Assembly (NCBI GenBank): GCA_014360335.1
Contig: JACIXS010000010.1
Location: 1-55,769 of the forward strand
DNA: 55,769 nt
Reading direction: 5' to 3'
Origin: a bacterium
GTDB taxonomy: Bacteria > DUMJ01
Of the stretch, positions 26,950-37,366 are shown in pieces. A program made the position numbers and the translations under genes. The notes beneath the pieces are model-generated. The model was not told the DNA's origin and did not search any database. It saw only the letters and a program-made list of their open reading frames with translations. Position 1 is the first letter of the stretch; every line of letters starts with the position of its first letter.

Positions 26950-28152
26950 ATGTCTGCCTTACTGAAGATTGTTATAGCATTCATAGTAATTGTCTTTCTC
27001 CTACTTCGTAAGGTAAAGCTTGGTTATTGTCTCTTACTTGGCTCATTAGCTCTTGGTATCTTATTCGATATTCAGTTTGCAGATTATCTTAGATTTACTC
27101 TTTTGGCATTTAAGGACCCTGCTAATCAGAGGCTAATAGTAACACTTGTTACTATCTTAATACTTGCCAATGTAATGGGTGAGACCAAGCAGTTAGAAAG
27201 GATAGTCTCCTTGGCTAGAAATGTAATAAGAAACCCGAAGGTTATTATAACCGCTATGCCTGCCTTGATAGGTTTTCTTCCTATTCCTGGTGGAGCTCTC
27301 TTCTCTGCACCTTTAGTTGAGAAAACGGATGTCGAGTCGGAGATTGACCCTTCTATGCGTTCATTCATAAATTACTGGTTTAGACACGTATGGGAATACT
27401 TCTTTCCACTTTATCCCGAAGTAGTATTGGCTACCGCCTTAACTGGTATAGAGATGTCTAGGTTTATATTTATACAGATACCCCTTTCTGTTACTGCCAT
27501 TATAGTTGGTTTTCTGGCTATAAGTAGATTAAAACTCAATGTTAAAGTAGAAGAGGACCCCGATGGTAGCGAGTGGAAGATCCTAGTTCTCTATGTTCTA
27601 CCTATACTTGTCCCTATAGTACTTATACTTATAGGAGTAACATCTTGGATAAGTATACTTATAGGTGTTATCATCTCTTTACTTATCAATAAAAAAGATA
27701 CGATAGGGATAATAGCAAAGGTCCTAAGGAAATTCCCTTGGGATGTAATTTTAAATGTTGTGGGCGTAGTCGTCTTTAAGAGTTTTGTAGAAAATACAGG
27801 TGGCATTCCTCAGATGGTCCAGTTTTTTACACAGCATAATTTCCCCTTGATACTTATAACTACTATCGCTCCTTTCCTTGTAGGATTATTCAGTGGAATG
27901 GGTATCGTTCCCATAGGAATCACATTTCCTTTGATACTACCTTTAACCAATAAGAGTAATTTTCACCCTACTGTAATGTTGGCTTTTGCCTGTGGGTTTA
28001 TGGGGGTAATGCTATCCCCAGCACATCTCTGTCTTGTAGTTAGTAATCAATATTTTGATGCGGATATACGAGAAGTCTATAGACTACTTATAATTCCAGT
28101 TTTATCGATTATACTTGTCGCCTTGATCTTGTACTTTTTGAAAGGAGGTTAA
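26950..28152 (+). CDS. Polytopic membrane protein, DUF401-like putative transporter
   Basis: 400 aa, 10 or more hydrophobic segments. Family assignment is from memory only. Confidence 0.45.
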   Translation: MSALLKIVIAFIVIVFLLLRKVKLGYCLLLGSLALGILFDIQFADYLRFTLLAFKDPANQRLIVTLVTILILANVMGETKQLERIVSLARNVIRNPKVIITAMPALIGFLPIPGGALFSAPLVEKTDVESEIDPSMRSFINYWFRHVWEYFFPLYPEVVLATALTGIEMSRFIFIQIPLSVTAIIVGFLAISRLKLNVKVEEDPDGSEWKILVLYVLPILVPIVLILIGVTSWISILIGVIISLLINKKDTIGIIAKVLRKFPWDVILNVVGVVVFKSFVENTGGIPQMVQFFTQHNFPLILITTIAPFLVGLFSGMGIVPIGITFPLILPLTNKSNFHPTVMLAFACGFMGVMLSPAHLCLVVSNQYFDADIREVYRLLIIPVLSIILVALILYFLKGG

Positions 28153-28159
28153 AGTAAGG

Positions 28160-31100
28160 ATGGAAAAGTTAGAACATGCGGTGCAGAGATTAGGATTAAG
28201 ACTAGGAGAACTTAACACATTTAAGTTGGTAAAGAGATTTAATTTAGATGGATGGCTTTTTAGCACAGACAAAGAGAACTGGCAGGAGTTACATATAGGT
28301 GATAGATGGCCCCTCCAAGCCTTCCCATGCTATTTCACAAAAGAGTTCACTATTCCAGAGGAATTTAAAGGTTTACCTGTAAGATTGCAGGTCTGGGTAG
28401 AAGGGGAAGGGATTGTATATATCAATGGAAAGCCAATAGGTGGATTAGACCCAAATCATAGAGAGTTTAAACTCCTTGATTCTGCTAACGGAGGAGAGAA
28501 ATTTACCGTTCTAATCGAGGCTGTTCCTAGAGGACCATTTGGGAGTTATGTAGCGGATCCGCATCTAGCTCAGGCAAGATTAGTTAGTATTGATGATGCT
28601 GTAGAATCTGCCCTATTTGACTTGTATGCAGTTTTAGATGCAGTTAAGAATCTATCTGACGATAACGAATTGAAAGAATTCTTGATAAATGCTCTAGATT
28701 CTGCTCTAAGTTTGGTAAAGTTCCCATCTCACACAGGAGAATATCTAGTGAATATCTCGGAGAATCCATTTGGTAGTAGGATGGTCCTTGGTGTATGGAA
28801 TCCTCCAGTCCCAAAGGGAGAATTTGTAAGTCCTGAAGAGACTAGAAATAGTATTGTAGAAGCTGGTAAAAAAGTCAAAGAGATATTAGAGAAGATAAAG
28901 GCTCAATATCCACCTGTAGGGAATATTACTCTAACTGGGCATTCTCATATAGACTTGGCGTGGCTTTGGCCTATGGCTGAAACGAGAAGGAAGATTAGAA
29001 GGACTACATCTACGATGGTCTCTCTAATGGATAGATATAAGGACTTTAAGTTTAATCAGAGTAGCGCACAGATCTATGCCTTCCTAAAGGAAGATGAGCC
29101 TGAGCTTTATGAGAGGGTTAAAGAGAAGGTAAAGACTGGACAGTGGGAACCTATAGGTGGTATGTGGGTTGAAAGTGACTGTAACCTTACTTCAGGTGAA
29201 TCTCTTGTTAGACAGATGCTATATGCACAGAGATTCTTTGAAAGAGAGTTTGGTAAGAGATGTAAGGTTGCTTGGCTTCCTGACGCCTTTGGTTTTACCT
29301 GGACACTACCACAGCTATTCAAGAAGGCTGGTATAGATTACTTCTTTACTACTAAGATTAATTGGAATGAAACCAATAAATTCCCATATGACTTGTTTTA
29401 TTGGCAAGGTTTAGATGGAACAAAGATAATAGCACATTCTTTCTTAAATCCCGGACAGGGCTACAATGGTAATATTCAGGCTCTAGACATACTTGGCACT
29501 TGGAGAAACTATAGACAGAAGACTATATATCCTGATACGCTACTATCCTTTGGTCACGGGGATGGTGGAGGTGGACCAACCAGAGAGATGCTAGAGATGT
29601 ATGAGAGGTTTAAAGAATTCCCCGGATTCCCAAGGTTAAAGATGGGATACGTAGAGGAATACTTTGAAAAGGCACCTAGGGAAGGGCTTCCAGTTTGGGA
29701 TGGAGAGCTCTACTTAGAGCTTCACCGTGGAACATATACAACTCAATCTAAGATGAAAAAAGCTAACAGAAAGGTAGAACATCTTCTCTACACCGCAGAG
29801 GTGGTTGCTAGTATTGGATATATCCTAACTGGTAGATATCCACAGGATGAACTAACTATAGGGTGGTATAAGCTACTTAGAAACCAGTTCCATGATATAC
29901 TTCCAGGTTCATCTATTAAAGAGGTTTATGAAGATGCCCTTAGAGAATTAAAAGAGGTTGAGGATTCTACTAGTAAGATTATAGAAGAGTCTTTAAAGAC
30001 TATAGCTGGAAGACTGAAGTTAGATAGAGAAGCCATAATAGTCTTTAATCCGACTTCTTTCCCTAGAGATTTAGTATATATTAGTAAGAATATACCGGCT
30101 GGAAACTTCGAAGTTTCAGACGGAAGCTCTGTCTATGTTCAGGATTTGCCAGATGAAACAAAGCTACTATATAGTCCAGAGGTCAAAGTCCCTCCAATGG
30201 GATATGTAGTACTTTATAAATCTCAAGCGATACCTCAAGCTAGTAAGATTTCAGTCTCAGAAGATACTTTAGAAAACGACTTGGTTAGGATTAAGATAGG
30301 AAAGGATGGGACTATTGTCTCTTACTACGATAAGGTAAATGATAGAGAGATCTTTTCTGACAGATGTAATCAATTGTGGGCTTACTCAGATAGACCAAGA
30401 AACTGGGATGCCTGGGATATAGCTACAGACTATGAGAATTATGGGGAAGAGATTAACGATGTTGAGTATATAAAGGTTGTAGAGAATGGGCCTGCAAGGG
30501 TTTCTATAGAGGTGAAGAAGAGATACCGTAATTCCTCTATAGTCCAGAGGTATGTACTTTATAGCGGAAGTTCTAGATTAGATATAGAGACTAAGGTAGA
30601 TTGGCATGATAGAAGGATACTAGTTAAGGCTCTATTCCCATTTGATATAAGAAGCTCCTATGCAACATACGAGATAGCCTATGGACACATACAGAGGCCT
30701 ACACATAAGAATACCAGTTGGGATTCAGCAAAATTTGAAGTGCCAGGTCATCGATGGGTCGATATCTCAGAGGGTAACTATGGGGTAAGCATCCTGAATG
30801 ATGCAAAATACGGCTATAGCGCTAATGGAAATATAATCGGTCTTTCTCTATTAAGAGCTCCAATATATCCTGACTATTTTGCTGATGAAGGTGAGCAGTC
30901 TTTCATTTATAGTATATTACCTCATAAGGGTGACTGGAGAACCAATACTGTGCAGAATGGTATAGCTCTTAATACACCACTATTAGGCATTACTCTAACA
31001 ACAACAGAAGGTGGAGCCGAACTATCCAGGTCATTTGTTGAAGTAGATGCGGATAATGTAATAGTAGGAGCTTTTAAGAAGGCAGAGGATGATAATGCGG

Positions 31101-31288
31101 TAATCTTAAGGCTGTACGAGGCTTACGGTTATAGGGGCAAGGTAAGGATAAGATTTGGATTTGATGTAAAGAAGGTAGTAGAGACTAATCTTCTAGAGGA
31201 TAATCTTACTCCAATAGATTTGAAATCTAACGAAATAGAAGTCATATTTAAGCCTTATGAGGTAAAGACTATAAAGCTATTTATATAA
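28160..31288 (+). CDS. Glycoside hydrolase family 38 alpha-mannosidase
   Basis: 1042 aa. GHSHIDLAWLW metal-binding motif, WLPDAFG, LELHRGTYTT. Confidence 0.92.
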   Translation: MEKLEHAVQRLGLRLGELNTFKLVKRFNLDGWLFSTDKENWQELHIGDRWPLQAFPCYFTKEFTIPEEFKGLPVRLQVWVEGEGIVYINGKPIGGLDPNHREFKLLDSANGGEKFTVLIEAVPRGPFGSYVADPHLAQARLVSIDDAVESALFDLYAVLDAVKNLSDDNELKEFLINALDSALSLVKFPSHTGEYLVNISENPFGSRMVLGVWNPPVPKGEFVSPEETRNSIVEAGKKVKEILEKIKAQYPPVGNITLTGHSHIDLAWLWPMAETRRKIRRTTSTMVSLMDRYKDFKFNQSSAQIYAFLKEDEPELYERVKEKVKTGQWEPIGGMWVESDCNLTSGESLVRQMLYAQRFFEREFGKRCKVAWLPDAFGFTWTLPQLFKKAGIDYFFTTKINWNETNKFPYDLFYWQGLDGTKIIAHSFLNPGQGYNGNIQALDILGTWRNYRQKTIYPDTLLSFGHGDGGGGPTREMLEMYERFKEFPGFPRLKMGYVEEYFEKAPREGLPVWDGELYLELHRGTYTTQSKMKKANRKVEHLLYTAEVVASIGYILTGRYPQDELTIGWYKLLRNQFHDILPGSSIKEVYEDALRELKEVEDSTSKIIEESLKTIAGRLKLDREAIIVFNPTSFPRDLVYISKNIPAGNFEVSDGSSVYVQDLPDETKLLYSPEVKVPPMGYVVLYKSQAIPQASKISVSEDTLENDLVRIKIGKDGTIVSYYDKVNDREIFSDRCNQLWAYSDRPRNWDAWDIATDYENYGEEINDVEYIKVVENGPARVSIEVKKRYRNSSIVQRYVLYSGSSRLDIETKVDWHDRRILVKALFPFDIRSSYATYEIAYGHIQRPTHKNTSWDSAKFEVPGHRWVDISEGNYGVSILNDAKYGYSANGNIIGLSLLRAPIYPDYFADEGEQSFIYSILPHKGDWRTNTVQNGIALNTPLLGITLTTTEGGAELSRSFVEVDADNVIVGAFKKAEDDNAVILRLYEAYGYRGKVRIRFGFDVKKVVETNLLEDNLTPIDLKSNEIEVIFKPYEVKTIKLFI

Positions 31289-31300
31289 AAGGGAAAAACT

Positions 31301-32380
31301 ATGAGTTTTAGCTCTATTATAAAGATATTACCTACAAGGGTATACAGGGTATATAAGGGGGGTGCCCTCCTTGACCTATTTAGAGGGGAGAAAGAGCCAA
31401 AGGATACAAATTATCCTGAAGATTGGATATGCTCTACGGTAAGGGCATTACAACCTTACGGGGTATCAGACGAGAGTATCTCTAAGATAGAACCTATAAA
31501 AGAGAGAAAAAATATAGAAGAACTGATTAATCTCTATCCTACAGAGATACTTGGTGAAAGACATATAGATATATATGGAAATAAACTAAACATCCTAGTT
31601 AAACTACTTGACTCTGCTATAAGGCTTCCACTACAGTGTCACCCTGAAAAATCATTCTCAAAAAAGTATCTAAGTGCCAACTTTGGTAAAGCTGAGGCGT
31701 GGTTTATAGTTGGAACCAGGAAGGTTTCATCTGAGGACCCATATATCTTACTAGGATTTAAAGAGAAGGTAGATAAAAAGAGATTAATGTCTCTTATAGA
31801 GAAGGACGATTCGGATGCCCTTGTCTCTCTTATGAATAAGATAAGGGTATCCCCCTATGATACATATTTTATTGCCCCCGGATTACCACATGCCATTGGT
31901 GAAGGGGTATTTATGGTTGAAACTCAGGAACCCTCAGACTTTACATTCTCTCTAGAGCGTAGATGCGGAGATATTATATCTACCGACCAGAAGTGCACAT
32001 TAAATTTAGGATGGGATTTATCTTTGGATGCTTATGACTATACCCCATACTCAGAGTCAGATATAAGAGAGAAGTTTGGGATGAAAAAGGAGCTAATATC
32101 TGGGACAGATAAGGGTAAGATTTATAACCTGAATGGTGGTAGCTATATGAGGTCATGCTTTGAAATACTCTTCCTAGAAGGCATAAAAGATGTTCCTCTC
32201 TCTTTTAAGAGTTTTGCCTCTGTAGTAGTATTGAATGGAAGAGGTTATGTGATTAGGGAAGAGAAGGAATATCCAATAAAGAAGGGAGAGACTTATCTAC
32301 TACCATTTAACTTTGGCGAGCATCGGTATGTAGGTGAAGAACCACTTGATATAGTTATATCCCTGCCACCGAGTATATAA
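31301..32380 (+). CDS. manA: Class I mannose-6-phosphate isomerase (cupin)
   Basis: 359 aa. LPLQCHPEK and AEAWFIV metal-site motifs, PGLPHAIGEG. Confidence 0.8.
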   Translation: MSFSSIIKILPTRVYRVYKGGALLDLFRGEKEPKDTNYPEDWICSTVRALQPYGVSDESISKIEPIKERKNIEELINLYPTEILGERHIDIYGNKLNILVKLLDSAIRLPLQCHPEKSFSKKYLSANFGKAEAWFIVGTRKVSSEDPYILLGFKEKVDKKRLMSLIEKDDSDALVSLMNKIRVSPYDTYFIAPGLPHAIGEGVFMVETQEPSDFTFSLERRCGDIISTDQKCTLNLGWDLSLDAYDYTPYSESDIREKFGMKKELISGTDKGKIYNLNGGSYMRSCFEILFLEGIKDVPLSFKSFASVVVLNGRGYVIREEKEYPIKKGETYLLPFNFGEHRYVGEEPLDIVISLPPSI

Positions 32381-33742
32381 CTACCAGCCGTACCTCTCTG
32401 GACCCCAAGACTTCTTTATGTACTCCTGCTTTGCTAGTACAAGTATATTGGATGGCACGTCCTCGTAGGCTATAACACCTGGTCCTACTAGGCTGTAACA
32501 GCCTACCTTTACTCCAGGCATTATTATGGCATTTACCCCAGTCCTAGAGAAGTTACCTATGTATGTGGCATTGGCTCCTTCTTTTGGAAATTCAGGACGA
32601 CCCTTTATCCTATGAATAGTGGACCTATCGTCAAACCTTAATGTTCCGCATACTGTAGCAGCACCTATATCTACAGAGTGTCCAAAGACTCCGTACAGTT
32701 CAGAGTAATGGACTACGTATACATTATCAAAGAAGACCCCTTCTATCTCTGCACAATGTCCTATATGACACCTATTCCCTATAGATGTATAAGCTCCTAT
32801 CTGCGGATAGTTATAGATAAAGCAGTTATTCCCCACAACGCAAGGCCCAGTAAATATAGCTCCATTAGTTACAGTAGTATTGTCTCCGACTATGATATTA
32901 TCCATAATTACAACCCTTGGACCTATATGAGAATTCTTTCCTAAGACTATTTTGCCCTTTATGTGGGCATCTTGAGATATAGTGGAACCTTCTGGAATTA
33001 TATCTTCCTCTATAGATTTACACAGAAAGTCTATATATCTTCTATTTGCTTCGAGGATATGCCAAGGTTTATCTATATCAACAAAGAAACCTTCAGTTTC
33101 TATAGCATAAACATCTAACCCTTCCTCTATCATTACCTGAAAACTTTGGCTTAATTCAATCTCTTGTGGGGGCATACCTCCAACAGGGACATTCCTCATA
33201 AAGTTTGGTGTCTTCTCTAAGTATTGCAAATACTCTTTCCCTATAAAATAAACCCCACACATCCTGTAAGAACCAGCTCTCGGATGCCCTTCTATAGAGG
33301 TCACCTTACCATCACTAATACGTGGACAAATCCAGTCCTGAGGTTCTTCCTTATCTAGAGGAGATATAAGACAGGCAAGTCTAAAGCCTTCAGATTTTTC
33401 TATAAATCTCTCTAGGTCTTTCGGATGAATAACTATGTCTCCATACAACACTAGGATATCATCCTGAGGTATAACCTTTAGGGAGTCTATTAATGACTTG
33501 GCTGTTCCTAATTGCCTTTCTATCTCGATGTAGTTTATATTAGAAAAATCTCTTAAGGCATACTTTATATCCTCTTTTAGATAGCCAACTACCACATATA
33601 TATCGAGATTGTACTTCTCCAGTTCTTCTACTAAGAGTTTTACTACCGGTTTATTGGCAACCGGGATAGTAGCCTTAGGCATCGTTTCACTGTAGGGCCA
33701 TAATTTTGTCCCGAGTCCTCCAGCTAAGATTACCGCTTTCAT
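32381..33742 (-). CDS. Bifunctional-type sugar-1-phosphate nucleotidyltransferase with C-terminal left-handed beta-helix (GlmU/ST0452-like)
   Basis: 453 aa. MKAVILAGGLGTKLWP NTP-transferase start. Hexapeptide-repeat C-terminal half. Confidence 0.8.
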   Translation of the reverse strand: MKAVILAGGLGTKLWPYSETMPKATIPVANKPVVKLLVEELEKYNLDIYVVVGYLKEDIKYALRDFSNINYIEIERQLGTAKSLIDSLKVIPQDDILVLYGDIVIHPKDLERFIEKSEGFRLACLISPLDKEEPQDWICPRISDGKVTSIEGHPRAGSYRMCGVYFIGKEYLQYLEKTPNFMRNVPVGGMPPQEIELSQSFQVMIEEGLDVYAIETEGFFVDIDKPWHILEANRRYIDFLCKSIEEDIIPEGSTISQDAHIKGKIVLGKNSHIGPRVVIMDNIIVGDNTTVTNGAIFTGPCVVGNNCFIYNYPQIGAYTSIGNRCHIGHCAEIEGVFFDNVYVVHYSELYGVFGHSVDIGAATVCGTLRFDDRSTIHRIKGRPEFPKEGANATYIGNFSRTGVNAIIMPGVKVGCYSLVGPGVIAYEDVPSNILVLAKQEYIKKSWGPERYGW

Positions 33743-34746
33743 AATCTCTCCTCCCTATTTATCTTCAGATTCTCAAAGACTGTGGATTCTACATTACTAT
33801 AGACCTTAGGAATTATCTCTCCAAAGCAATAGTCAAAAGATAAGAGTAAAGCACCCACTACGGGTTCATACCTTGGTAGGACTATATCTGCATTTGGATT
33901 AAAAGAGTGTAATTCTGCCTTTATAAAATCTGTTAGTAGTGGACCCTTGGCTTTAAAGATGCTTCCTCCTAAGACAACTTTGACCTTTTCCCTCTGTAAT
34001 GAAAGTCTTTTCATAATAGCGTATGCAGATAAAGCAGTCTCTCTTGCTATCATCTTTACTATCTCTACAGAGACCCTATCACCCTGATAGGCACATTCAA
34101 ATAGTATCGGAGTTAAGAGTAAAACCTTACTCCTATCTATCTTACCATAGTAAAGTTTTTTGGCTAGAGAGACAAAATCGTTCTCTTGGAAAAACTCTAA
34201 GACCTTTTCGGCGAGTATTGTCTCTTCCCCTCTGCCATCATAAGCTCTAAAGACCCTGTGAAGTATCTCTCTTGAAATATCTCCTGAACCTCCCCAGTCT
34301 CCAAACATATATCCTTCTCCAAAGAGTCTTGCTTCTTCTCCAGATTTTCCAATCCCTACCGCATTAGTTCCCGTTCCCATTATCACTGCAATACCGTAAG
34401 ACTCTTCTATTATCCCTGCCTTAAGGGCTGCTAATGTATCATTCTTTATTATTACCTTGCCTACTTTCTGTAACTTATTCACAGCTTCTTCTAACATTTC
34501 GAAATCTTCTGGAAAGTCCGCACCGGCGAGACAGAAACATCCTACATCTGCCCTTTCAATCCCTGCCATACTAAATGCCTCTGAGATTGCCTTATCAATC
34601 TCTTTCATAGCAGACTCTAAACCAAAAACCTCATAATTACCAGTTCCCCCTGAGCCAAACCCCAATACTCTTCCTTCTTCATTGGCAACGAGACAGTGAG
34701 TCTTAGATGCCCCTGCATCAACACCAAGTAGATACATACTCATCAT
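33739..34746 (-). CDS. BadF/BadG/BcrA/BcrD-type ATPase, N-acetylglucosamine-kinase-like sugar kinase
   Basis: 335 aa. YLLGVDAGASKTH and IMGTGTNAVG ASKHA motifs. ATGA overlap with the GH4 stop. ATG 34737 is an alternative start. Confidence 0.75.
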   Translation of the reverse strand: MMSMYLLGVDAGASKTHCLVANEEGRVLGFGSGGTGNYEVFGLESAMKEIDKAISEAFSMAGIERADVGCFCLAGADFPEDFEMLEEAVNKLQKVGKVIIKNDTLAALKAGIIEESYGIAVIMGTGTNAVGIGKSGEEARLFGEGYMFGDWGGSGDISREILHRVFRAYDGRGEETILAEKVLEFFQENDFVSLAKKLYYGKIDRSKVLLLTPILFECAYQGDRVSVEIVKMIARETALSAYAIMKRLSLQREKVKVVLGGSIFKAKGPLLTDFIKAELHSFNPNADIVLPRYEPVVGALLLSFDYCFGEIIPKVYSNVESTVFENLKINREERL

Positions 34747-36011
34747 CTCCTAAAGAATTGGGGGAGAAATTCTCTATTCTCCTCCAGAATCCTTTCTAAA
34801 AGACCATCAGCTACCGCCTTTGCTCCTACTAAAGGATGAACTAGAAGTGCCTGCTTTGCCTTTGTTATATTGCCCTCTACTGCTGATTCTACTGTTAGCT
34901 GTTCATAATACTTTACTGTCTGGGTTAACCCTCTTATGTAAGGTTCCAATCTTCCCATACTAATGGGCATAGCTCCATTACTACCTATAACACAAGGGAC
35001 CTCGACAACTCCATTATCGGGAAGGTCTGTAATTGAGCCATTATTTAATACATTTACTATTTGTATATCTTTTCTATCTAAATAGATAGACTTCATAAGT
35101 TCTACCGCTGCATCTGAGTAGTGAGCTCCACCCCTCTGACTCAATTCTGGAGGCTTTTCTTTTAAAGATTCATCTTTATACTTCTCTAGAAGCTTCTCCT
35201 CTACCTCTAACACTATCTCCCCTCTTGTTTTCTCAGAATTCTTTTGGGTTTCTAAGACTTCATCCCTAAAATAATAGTAATGTAAGTAACTATTTGGTAT
35301 CATATCTATCAGTTCTACTATTTCTCTCTCCTTCTGGGGAAGATTACCTTTTATCTTCTCTATGACCTCCTTAGTAACATCATTTCCCTTATGATATACC
35401 TTTCTCACCCAACTTAGATGATTTAAGCCAACGTAATCTAAATAGATATCCTTTATATCTATACCTAGAATACTGGCGAATCTATAGAAGAAGTTTATAG
35501 GAACATTGCACAGCCCTATAGTTTTTACTTTAGAATATCTCAACAGTGCCTCAGTAACTATTCCAGAAGGATTTGTAAAGTTTATAAGCCATGCATTATT
35601 GGTTAATTCTTCAATGTCTTTTGCTATATCTAACATAACAGGGATTGTCCTTAATGCATTGGCAAAACCTCCAGCACCTGTTGTCTCCTGCCCTATAATT
35701 CCAAACTCAAGAGGGATTTTTTCATCTCTTATCCTTGCTTTAACTCCTCCAACCCTTATCTGTGATATGACAAAGTCTGTCCCCTCTAAGGCTACCTTTC
35801 TCTCTTTAGTAAGTATTAATTTAATAGGGGCATTTGAACTCTCAATCATTCTCCTTACTAGACCACCAACAATATTGAGTTTCTCATCATCTATATCTAT
35901 TAGCCGTAGCTCTTTTACTGGGAATACATCAGTATTCTTAATAACTCCTTCAACTAGCTCGGGGGTATATGTGCTTCCCCCACCTATTACAGTAAGTATT
36001 AATTGTCTCAT
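34743..36011 (-). CDS. Glycoside hydrolase family 4 (NAD/Mn-dependent, 6-phospho-glycosidase-like)
   Basis: 422 aa. TVIGGGSTYTPELV Rossmann start, CNVPI, family-typical length. Confidence 0.85.
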   Translation of the reverse strand: MRQLILTVIGGGSTYTPELVEGVIKNTDVFPVKELRLIDIDDEKLNIVGGLVRRMIESSNAPIKLILTKERKVALEGTDFVISQIRVGGVKARIRDEKIPLEFGIIGQETTGAGGFANALRTIPVMLDIAKDIEELTNNAWLINFTNPSGIVTEALLRYSKVKTIGLCNVPINFFYRFASILGIDIKDIYLDYVGLNHLSWVRKVYHKGNDVTKEVIEKIKGNLPQKEREIVELIDMIPNSYLHYYYFRDEVLETQKNSEKTRGEIVLEVEEKLLEKYKDESLKEKPPELSQRGGAHYSDAAVELMKSIYLDRKDIQIVNVLNNGSITDLPDNGVVEVPCVIGSNGAMPISMGRLEPYIRGLTQTVKYYEQLTVESAVEGNITKAKQALLVHPLVGAKAVADGLLERILEENREFLPQFFRR

Positions 36012-36019
36012 AGCACCTC

Positions 36020-37366
36020 CTATTCTTCAAGGGTTGGGATGATAATCCCTATACGCTTTCCTATTCTACTTTCTCTACCTGCAGGATCTATAGCCTTACA
36101 GGTAACAAGATTTCTAGAAAAGGCTGGGACATTCTTTATATAGAAGAATCCGTCAGCCTTAGAATAACATTCTCCTCTTATAGAATCATTTACTATTACC
36201 TGAATCTTTACACCCGGGTCTGCGGTTCCTACAATCTCCAAAGTCTTATCTGTAATATTCATCTTTATAGAGGTAATTGTAGGTGGATTTACTGTCTCTT
36301 TTGGAGGGACGATTTCTAACTGTGGAAGGATGATCTTGAACTCTTTCATATCCGCAAGGGCAGTATTATTTAAGCCTTTTATGACTGGAAGTTTCATCCA
36401 TACATTACTATCGCCAAATTTACCTTCTACTGTATATCCTGGTCTAATGAGTCCTCTAAAGAGTGGGAAAGCCCCCTCTAAGAAATTCTCATTTATAGGT
36501 GCAAGTATCATCCACTGTGTTGCTGTCCAAACCCCTTTAAGTTCAGGCGTATTTGCGTGTCTATTCGGTATGATTTGAAATCCTCCAGCCTCCTCTAGAG
36601 TAGCATCAATATACTCTCCAGTAAAGACCCCAGATGTAGAGATATCTATCACTCCGGGGTGATTAGCCCTTACCGAACTGGGACAGGCAAATAGAGTTCC
36701 TCCAAATCTTCCAGTTCCTTTTACAGCCCTCAATACCTTAGCTACTACTTCTTTTTCTGTGTCAGAGTAGCAGATATAGACATTACCATCTACCCTGTTT
36801 TCAAAGAGAATCTCTTTAGGCATTATTAAAGGTGCGGAAACTATTATTATAAGTTTATCCCCTATACTCGGGGTATAATTATCTGGAATTGGGGAAAGCT
36901 CTCCATCCCTTTCTAAGAATACCTTATTACCCACAAATGGAGCCCATTCCCTAAAGATAAGTGTTCCCCCCTCTATATTCGTTAGGATTCTGCTGTTTTG
37001 CTCAATAGAGGTATCAGTTACTCTAGGTATGACACTTATAGTTCTTCCAGATTTTTCAGGGGTATTTATTGGGTCTATTTCACTCTTTCCAACCGTTATA
37101 TGTATAGCATTCACCGCACTAGCAGAAACTACCCCATTCTCTATGTATCCACTAGCCCTAAATGCATCAGGATTATAAGATAGAGCAGGTCTATCCACTT
37201 TGCCGAGAGCTATCCATCTATTTCCTTTATCTATACTAACCTCTATTACTCCTGAGTAGTCATTAGTTATCCTTAGTCTAAATAGCTCTATTTCTTCGTT
37301 TGCATAAGAGATAGAAGCAGAGAATAGTATGATTAAAGTTAGCAAAAAAGAGATTATATACTTCAA
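36020..37366 (-). CDS. Secreted protein of unknown function with C-terminal Ig-like domain
   Basis: 448 aa. Signal peptide MKYIISFLLTLIILFSASISYA. No motif I recognise. First gene of the GH4 operon. Confidence 0.6.
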   Translation of the reverse strand: MKYIISFLLTLIILFSASISYANEEIELFRLRITNDYSGVIEVSIDKGNRWIALGKVDRPALSYNPDAFRASGYIENGVVSASAVNAIHITVGKSEIDPINTPEKSGRTISVIPRVTDTSIEQNSRILTNIEGGTLIFREWAPFVGNKVFLERDGELSPIPDNYTPSIGDKLIIIVSAPLIMPKEILFENRVDGNVYICYSDTEKEVVAKVLRAVKGTGRFGGTLFACPSSVRANHPGVIDISTSGVFTGEYIDATLEEAGGFQIIPNRHANTPELKGVWTATQWMILAPINENFLEGAFPLFRGLIRPGYTVEGKFGDSNVWMKLPVIKGLNNTALADMKEFKIILPQLEIVPPKETVNPPTITSIKMNITDKTLEIVGTADPGVKIQVIVNDSIRGECYSKADGFFYIKNVPAFSRNLVTCKAIDPAGRESRIGKRIGIIIPTLEE

